Shown: one piece after another, positions 57,068 to 64,000 of the stretch
How the letters are laid out: every line of letters begins with the position of its first letter
How positions within the stretch are numbered: position 1 is the stretch's first letter
Source of the DNA: Callorhinchus milii
Lineage: Eukaryota
Reading direction: 5' to 3'
Assembly: GCF_018977255.1 (NCBI RefSeq)
Contig: NW_024704753.1
Span: 186,001-250,000 of the forward strand
Length of the DNA stretch: 64,000 bases
Position numbers and translations under genes: made by a program
The notes under the pieces: generated by a model
Told to the model about the DNA's origin: nothing
Database searches by the model: none
The model's input: only the letters and a program-made list of their open reading frames with translations

Positions 57068-60000
57068 TCCATCTAAACCCCATATTCCTTATACACTGAA
57101 TATCAAACCACATTCTTATCCCAATCCTCCATTGTACCCTTTAATATTATTTCCCTTCAGATATTTACACATTTCCTGCTCAGACGTTATTTAAGGGAAC
57201 GTATATGTGGTATCTGTCATGTGAGGGAGATAGTTGTACATGGGAGAGAGAGGGTCTCTTACCTCATTCTCCCCAAACCCAGAGTCGATGGGAACAAAGA
57301 GGGTTTTTCTGGTTGTCTCCTCAGAAAGGAATGTGAGTAACTCCAACCCTTCCTTACTCGAGCGGGCGAAATCCAGCAATTGCTGCGAAACAACACATCA
57401 ATGAGCATCACAGACAGACACTCACCATAAAACACACACAGACAGACACTCACCATAAAACACACTGCAAACAGCTGGTGTACGTCGCAACACACATTTA
57501 CATAGTGCTTTCAACAACAATTTACGTTTACAAAGTGCCCTTCATGTGGGGTGAACAATGGAACCGATCTGACAATAAGCCGGGGTGAAAGGGTAGGCAC
57601 GGTCAAAAAGGAAACTCTTCAGGTGTGAAACAGGCAAAGAGGGGCCAAGTCAGCTGGTGTCCAAAGGTTCGGGGAGCAGGGGCTGAAGCCAGGGTTGCTG
57701 ATGGTACAGCGGAGGGAGGGGTTGAGGGAATACAGAAGGCGTGTGGAGGAGTGGGCTCTCAGCAGGTTGGAGAGGTAGGGAGGTGCCAGGGTATACAGTG
57801 ACTTTGTTTCTTTACAGAATGGTTTAATAAGGAAGGAAACTGTAACAAAACTCACTGAATAAAAGCGAGAGAAGTTGGCGTCACTGGACAGGACCTGAAC
57901 CAGGTTCCCATGACATGAATAACCGTCTCCCACAAAGCCCTCGGCACACCAGCACTCCACATCTGAGGAGCAACATTAACAGCGCATTAACTCTGCCCAG
58001 AACACTGAACCGATTCCCCTGTGCCCCGATTCCCCTCAGGAGTTGCACAAACCACAGCAGTGAGCGTTGACATACTTACCTTGTGCTTAGAAGCTGTGAG
58101 TATTGCACAGCACTAAGCGGTGACACACTTACCTCGCGCTCGGAAACAATACGCATCCCAAAGCTCACTGCTGTTTTTTCTCACTCCGTAATCGATGATG
58201 CCATTGTCACTGGAGGCGCAGTTGGGGTTGGAGGTGGTGGTGGGGTACCCGGCTCGACTCCCCTCCAGCCAGCCCACTGTGCACAGGTGATACCCAAACT
58301 ACAACAACAACAAGATTCCATTTATGGAGCACCTTTCACGTCGGGAGGACGTCCCAAGGCGCTGGACAGTTGGGTCAGGACCCGAGCAGGGGGGAAATGG
58401 TCAGGGGGAGGGAGGGAGCGAGGAGGGGGTAGAGAGTCGAGAGGGGAGCTGAAGGCACGGTCAAAGAGAAAGGTCTTGAGACCGGCCTTGAAGGAGGAAA
58501 GGGAGGAAGCGGCGAAGGCACTGGGGGATAGAGTTCCAGAGCCTCGGGGCTGAGAGGCTGAAGGCCCGGCCACTGATAGTAGGGCGGTTGGGGCGGGGGA
58601 TGTGGAGCAGACCGGAGCCAGAGGAACGGAGGGTACGGGCAGGTAGGTAGGGGGATAGTAGGTCGGAGAGGTAGGAGGGAGCGAGGCCGTGAATGGCCTT
58701 GTAGGGGAGGATGATGATCTTGAATTCGATCCTCTGGAGGATGGGGAGCCAGTGGAGGGGAGCGAGGGTGGGAGTGATGTGGGCGCGGTGTCTGGTGCGG
58801 GACAGTACACGAGCTGTAGAGTTCTGAATGACCTGCAGTGTGGAGGGAGGGCTGGGAAGGCCGGCGAGGAGAGAGTTCCCATAGTCCAGCCTTGAGGTGA
58901 TAAAGGCGTGGACCAGAGTTTCAGCAACGTGAGGGGTGAGGTAGTGCCGTAGTCTGGCGATGTTCCGGAGGTGATGGAAGGCGGTGCCAGTTGTGGTGCG
59001 GATATGAGGGAGAAAGGACAGCTCAGGGTCGAACAGAACCCGAGGTTCCTGATGGCTTTGAGAGGTGGAGAGTGCAGCCTTGGATGCTGATGCTGTCAGC
59101 GCCTGAGGTGCGGAGGCGCTGACGTGAGCCAATCAGGAGGGCCTCAGTTTTCGCACGTTGAGCTGAAGAAAGTTGTCTCTCGTCCAGGACTCGATGTCGG
59201 ACAGGCAGCTGTCAGGACATCGGTGGTCGTGGAGTTGAGGGTAGAGGAGGAAAGGTAGAGTTGGGTGTCATCCGCATACATGTGGAAGTTAACCCCATGT
59301 CTGCGGATGATGTCACCACAGGGGGAGCATATAGAGGGTGAAGAGGAGGGGACCGAGGACAGAGCCCTGAGGGACACCGCACGAGACAGTGCGGGGGGTG
59401 GGTGGAGGAAAAGCCGTTTGTGGACACAAAATGAAGACGGTGGGAGAGGTACGACCTAAACCACTAAGGACAGGGCCTTGAAGGTTGAGGTGGGAGGACA
59501 AGCGGTGGAGGAGGATAGCGTGGTCGACCGTATCGAATGCTGCCGATAGGTCGAGGAGGACGAGGAGGCAGAGGGAGCCCTGGTCGCAGATGGTCAGGAT
59601 GTCATTGGTGACCTTGACCAGGGCAGTTTCTGTGCTATGGGCAGCACGGAAACCCGACTGAAGGGGTTCGAATAATGAATGGGTGGAGAGGAAAGAGCGC
59701 AGCTGGGAGGCGACAACTCGTTCCAGGACCTTGGACAGGAAGGGGAGGTTGGAGATGGGCCGGTAGCTTGATAGCTGCGACGCATCAAGGGAGGGTTTTT
59801 TCAAGGTGGGAGTGATGGTGGCAGTTTTTAGGGGAATGGGAACAGAGCCAGAGGAGAGGGACAGGTTGATGATGTCTGTGATATGTGGGGCAAGGAGGTG
59901 GAGCTGGGAGATAAGGAGTGGAGTGGGGATGGGGTCAAGGGAGCAGGTAGTGAGTTTCAGGGATAGGATGGCTTTGGTGACAGAGGGTGGGGAAACGGGT

Positions 60001-63000
60001 ACGAAAGTGTGTAGTGGAGGATGGGTAGAAGTCGGAGTGTGGAAGGGAGCGGGTGGGTGGAGGTTGGAGGGGAAGTGACCGCGGTGCGGATTCCCTTGAT
60101 TTTGGATTCAAGGAAATCCAGCATCTGCTCACAGTGAAGGTTGGAGGAGATGACCTGCGTGGGATCTCAGTCAGTACAAAGACTATCAGGTCAACACAAA
60201 GTGAACACACAGTCCTACACTCAACCTCTCTTCCTTTCACTCCACTCCTTCACCCAATAACCAATGTCATCTGGAGATTTACCCACTTAACCTCCAAGAA
60301 GCTCACACACATTTACACTGTCGCACACACACACGGTTACATTTACACACTTTTACACACTGTCGTGCAGATACAGTTACATTTACACACACACACTTAC
60401 ATTTGCACACAGTTACATACACACCTGCCCTTACAGCACATGGGCAGAATTGCTGTACTTTGCTATAGCCCTCCTCTCCGTGGCGTTTACCTGCTGAGCT
60501 GCAGCAAGCTGACTGAAGGTGGCCAGGGTGGCTCCCTCAGCTACACAGGCGTCCATAGCCTCAGTGTACGTGAAGCTGTACTTCCCCCGGGGAGACTGCC
60601 AGTGAAACACCCCCATTGTGGTATCTGTAACAGTGAGGAACATCAGCAAAGAAAACTCTGACCGCCACAGAGACTTACACCACAGCTGGGCTGTGAGTTA
60701 CACACCTGACAGCTCAGGCCTGAGCCACCAAATAACTGATTAGTCCCTCCACACATCCCTCCCTCCATCCCCAGGTCCCTCCCTTTCCTCTATCCCCCCC
60801 CTCAATGCGGGGCTATTGGGAACCCTGCACTAAGCTTTCACCTTGGAAGTGGAGGTCGATGCAGATGGCATCCGGATGACAGAGGCCGTTCCTGTCCAGG
60901 CAGCGGTTCACGGGGGGGCTGATATTCTTTAAGCATTGGATCCCGTTCCCCCTGAACCCAGATTTACACTCACATTTCCGGGTAAACTGCAACACACAGC
61001 AAGAAAAACAATCAACAACTGACCCACAGAAAAGGTCTCCAGACACTGACTTACCCAGTGTCTCAGTGTCTACCACACCTCCTGGTAACTCACTGTGTGG
61101 TTAATCACCCTCTGCGTACAGATAGATTTATAATGTCTGTCCTAAACCCGCCCTCCCACTCCCGCAACACCCTCTCCCCCCCCACCCCCAACCCCACGCT
61201 GGGGGGAGTCTCACTCGCACTTACAGCTCCGAGGTTGATGCAGACGGCATGCTCACTGCAGCCTCCGTTCCTCTCGACCTCACACTTGCTCACAGCTGTG
61301 CACACGTGCCCGTCCCCCATGTAGCCCAGGCCACACGAGCAGCTGATGGTCACCCCGAGCTGCGTGCAGTTTGCGTTACCGCTACAGCCTCCATTGTTGT
61401 CCCGGCAGAGATCAGCCACTGGCAACAGAGCAGCACAAACAGAGAGCGTTAGTCTCAGCAGATGGGAAACGTGAGGACACATGAGGGGCTTATCAAGTGG
61501 AACTTATCACAGCCAAACTTTTATTTTAGTGTGTAAAACAGTCACCATTAACTAGGATCACTGTGCTCCACTACAGCAAACACAAGACAGCGAGTGCGAT
61601 GGATGCTTGTGCAGAGGCTCGGGACTGATTGACATGTTACGGAATGCTCACCTACACACATTCGTCCATCACCCTCATAGTACAGCTCACACTCGCACAC
61701 GTTGTTGGCTTGGCACACTGCATTATGATGACATTTCGGGGAACACACAGGCAGCGCCTCTGCAAGAGAAAAAAGATCCTCTCAGGACTCTGACTCAACA
61801 CATAGAGACAGCAGAATAGCGGGAGGCCACTTCATCTGTTAAACGTGCGCTCGGGCTCGCTCCCCCACTGGAGCTCTCTACTCTATCCCCATTCCCTGCT
61901 CTCTCTCTCTCTCCCCATCGTGTCTGTGCTGGGGCTCGCTCCCCCACTGGAGCTCTCTACTCTATCCCCATTCCCTGCTCTCTCTCTCTCCCCCCCCATC
62001 GTGTCTGTGCTGGTGCTCGCTCCCCCACTGGAGCTCTCTACTCTAACCCCATTCCCTGCTCTCTCTCTCCCCCCCATCGTGTCTGTGCTGGGGCTCGCTC
62101 CCCCTTTTATATTCTTACCTTTTGAACATTTATTAAATTATATTCTTTCCCTCTTTAACCTTTCAAACCTCTGTCAGACCTCTCCTCCCCTTCTCTATCC
62201 AGCAAAGCAAAGAATGTTAGGTGTAATTCAACCACCCTCATAACAAAAGATTATTAATGACTGGAAACTAACCATATCCTCTGGAAGACACATGAAAGAA
62301 CGTGTGGGGAGTGTGTGTGTGGTGCGGGCGTGTGTGAGTGGGGGGTGGGTTTGTGTGTGTGTGGTGATGGGAGGGGGGGGGGGGGGGTGGGGGAGGGAGA
62401 TGTGGTGCAGGGTGCGTTACCTAACTGGCTTTGGCAATGATCTCCAGTCCAGCCTTCGCTGCAGAAACAGGTTCCTTTACCCGTTTTACCTTCATCACAT
62501 CTCCCGTTCTTCGTGCAGGTGCAGCCTGTAATCACAACCAGGAAAGTGAGCACAGTTTACATGAGGGATCAGATCACGTTGCTGAGCTGCTCTCGCTCCT
62601 CACGGTACCTACTTGTACAGTTTGCTCCGAACCGGCTGGGGCCACACAGCTCGCAGGCGGTGCCAGTGAAGCCCTCGTTACACCAGCATGTGCCTCGTCC
62701 ATTCCAGCCATCGCTACAGTGCCCGCGGTTACTGCACGGGGAACGTGCTCCTCCAGGACATGCTGTAACACAGACAGCCCATCAGTGTCCAGGGATAGAG
62801 GCTGAATCATCCACTGGACCCTGGGCACGCAGAGACCGAGATACAGACAGAGAGAGAGAGAGATACACAGACAGAGAGAGACAGAGAGGTACAGAGAGAG
62901 ACAGAGAGTCACACACACAGACAGACAGACAAGACACACAGACACACAAACAGAGATAATGATAATTGCATTTGACAAGAGCGCCTTATCATGTCATTAA

Positions 63001-63820
63001 GACATCTCAAAGCGCTTTACTATAAATTGATTTCTGACTGTGTATTTTATGGGCGAAATGCGGCAACCAATTGCATACAACAGTGTCCCACAAACAGCAA
63101 TGGAGTGAGAAACTAATTTTATTTGGGGGATTGTTGGCCAGGACACCAGGAGAAACTCGATTCTCTTTTCAAACAGCACCACAGGATGTTTAACAATTCC
63201 CGATCTCAGTTTATAACATCTCACCTGAAGGATGGCATCTCTAACAATGCAGTGCTCCCCCAGTTCTGCATTGGAGCGTCAGCTTAGACTGTACGCTACC
63301 CACTGAGCCAGGCTGCCACCTCATTGTGGATGCAGATAAGTGGGCGCGAGGATAACTGATCATAATCAGCCGTGTACTGTACTGTACCTTGGCAGTCATG
63401 GCCGTAGTGATGTTTGCAGCATTGAGGCAGCCACACAGGGGTGAGGCAGTCCGCACTGCAGCCGGGCACGGTTCTACTTGAATGTGAGACAGAGCCGAAG
63501 GCTGAGCGGTGAGATCTGGGCACATACCAGCAATTTCTGTGGTAATTTAACATCCCCCCCTACAGATACACAAGGATATTCACAAGGTGTGAAATCTCCC
63601 AAGTTTACACAGCAATTACGCACTAAAAACACACTACAGCTCTCAGTCAAACACACACACATTGCAGCTCTCAGTCACACACACACACACACACACATTG
63701 CAGCTCTCAGTCACACACACACACACACACATTGCAGCTCTCAGTCACACAAACATTACTTACCTTTAGCTTTGTTCCGGGAAGACACCGAGGGACCGCG
63801 GAGCAGTTTCCACAGATTCC
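53978..63820 (-). CDS. STAB1: Stabilin (STAB1 by synteny), 3' coding exons: EGF-like repeats, Link domain, last fasciclin domain, TM, cytoplasmic tail
   Basis: Exons 63764-63820, 63388-63559, 62613-62762, 62421-62525, 61652-61759, 61225-61419, 60842-60986, 60491-60624 and 58133-58298 (Link: GVFHWQSPRGKY...WDAYCFR), 57856-57962, 57263-57382, 56855-57004, 56124-56222 (WDIEATNGIIQVI), 55881-56027 (TM), 55626-55727 (VSVPNPLY...EPFD), 53978-54022 (DTQNIIQD*). Tail-to-tail with NT5DC2; minus-strand AATAAA at about 53547-53552. Confidence 0.9.
54110..54748 (-). mobile_element. CR1-clade LINE 3' fragment
   Basis: SYEERR..GLSSLEQRRLRGDLKEVFKIMRG...TRGHRFK and FTKRVVGIWNALP motifs typical of CR1 ORF2 C-termini; includes a 35-bp unit repeated three times at about 54183-54290. 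Confidence 0.85.
54749..55268 (-). mobile_element. L2 LINE 3' fragment
   Basis: ITPKLTRFHWLPITQRIQFNIL...FKTHLKT; (CAA)n tail. Confidence 0.85.
55278..55465. repeat. 31-bp minisatellite
   Basis: TACACAGCCCGTGTGCACACACCAGCATATG repeated about 5-6 times. Confidence 0.9.
58300..60075 (-). mobile_element. L2-clade LINE, 5'-truncated and frameshifted reverse transcriptase plus 3' tail
   Basis: YRPISNLPFLSKVLE, QSGFRAAHSTETAL, LLDLSAAFDTVDH, GVPQGSVLGPLLF, YADDTQLY and HITPTLAPLHWLP motifs across broken frames; 3' end with (TTG)n tail. Confidence 0.93.
61852..62105. repeat. About 80-bp tandem repeat (3 copies) in a STAB1 intron
   Basis: GCTCGCTCCCCCACTGGAGCTCTCTACTCTATCCCCATTCCCTGC(TC)nCCCATCGTGTCTGTGCTGG. 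Confidence 0.9.
62955..63300 (-). mobile_element. DeuSINE-type SINE
   Basis: Reverse complement contains CTCCTGGTGTCCTGGCCAACAATCCCCC and AAGCGCTTTGAGATGTC...AAGGCGCTCTTGTCAAATGC. Confidence 0.7.
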
Positions 63821-64000
63821 CTGTGGGAGACAAGGACGGACACAGAGTGAGCAGGAGCTGGCGAAGCTCAGGATCAATCAACAGTATTTTGCTTGGGAGA
63901 CAAAAGTCACCCTCCATTACAATCCAGGCAATTCCTTCATTATAAAGCAACGTCAACATCAACAACTTGTGTTTATATAGTTTATATATATCACACAGGG

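Noticed and set aside
58461-59804. Reverse transcriptase ORFs as a possible active or domesticated gene
   Set aside because: Multiple frameshifts, 5' truncation, no endonuclease domain; ordinary L2 relic.

Overview
Compact, intron-containing vertebrate genomic DNA. The repeat content (DeuSINE/tRNA-SINEs, abundant L2 and CR1 LINE fragments, a shark-type palindromic repeat) suggests a cartilaginous fish, possibly a chimaera; this is inference. The window carries the conserved block found at human 3p21.1: NEK4 3' part (+), SPCS1 (-), GLT8D1 (+), GNL3/nucleostemin (-, hosting at least four SNORD19-family box C/D snoRNAs), PBRM1 (+), SMIM4/UQCC5 (+), NT5DC2 (+) and STAB1 3' part (-). Exons were traced by hand from GT-AG boundaries and remembered protein motifs; most ORFs in the supplied track are spurious or single exons. 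Most notable observations: (1) a ~320-bp fold-back in a GLT8D1 intron whose arms each carry a degenerate Penelope-type hammerhead-ribozyme-like core; (2) two cases where the flank of an inverted-repeat element is itself mirrored; (3) a recent intron-to-intron duplication of a snoRNA cassette in GNL3, with long-range inverted repeats around both copies; (4) retroelement microsatellite tails directly forming splice acceptors or donors; (5) SMIM4 oriented opposite to the human arrangement and followed by a tandem array of CTCF-like motifs; (6) an apparent frameshift in NT5DC2 exon 1. No prokaryote-type system is present.
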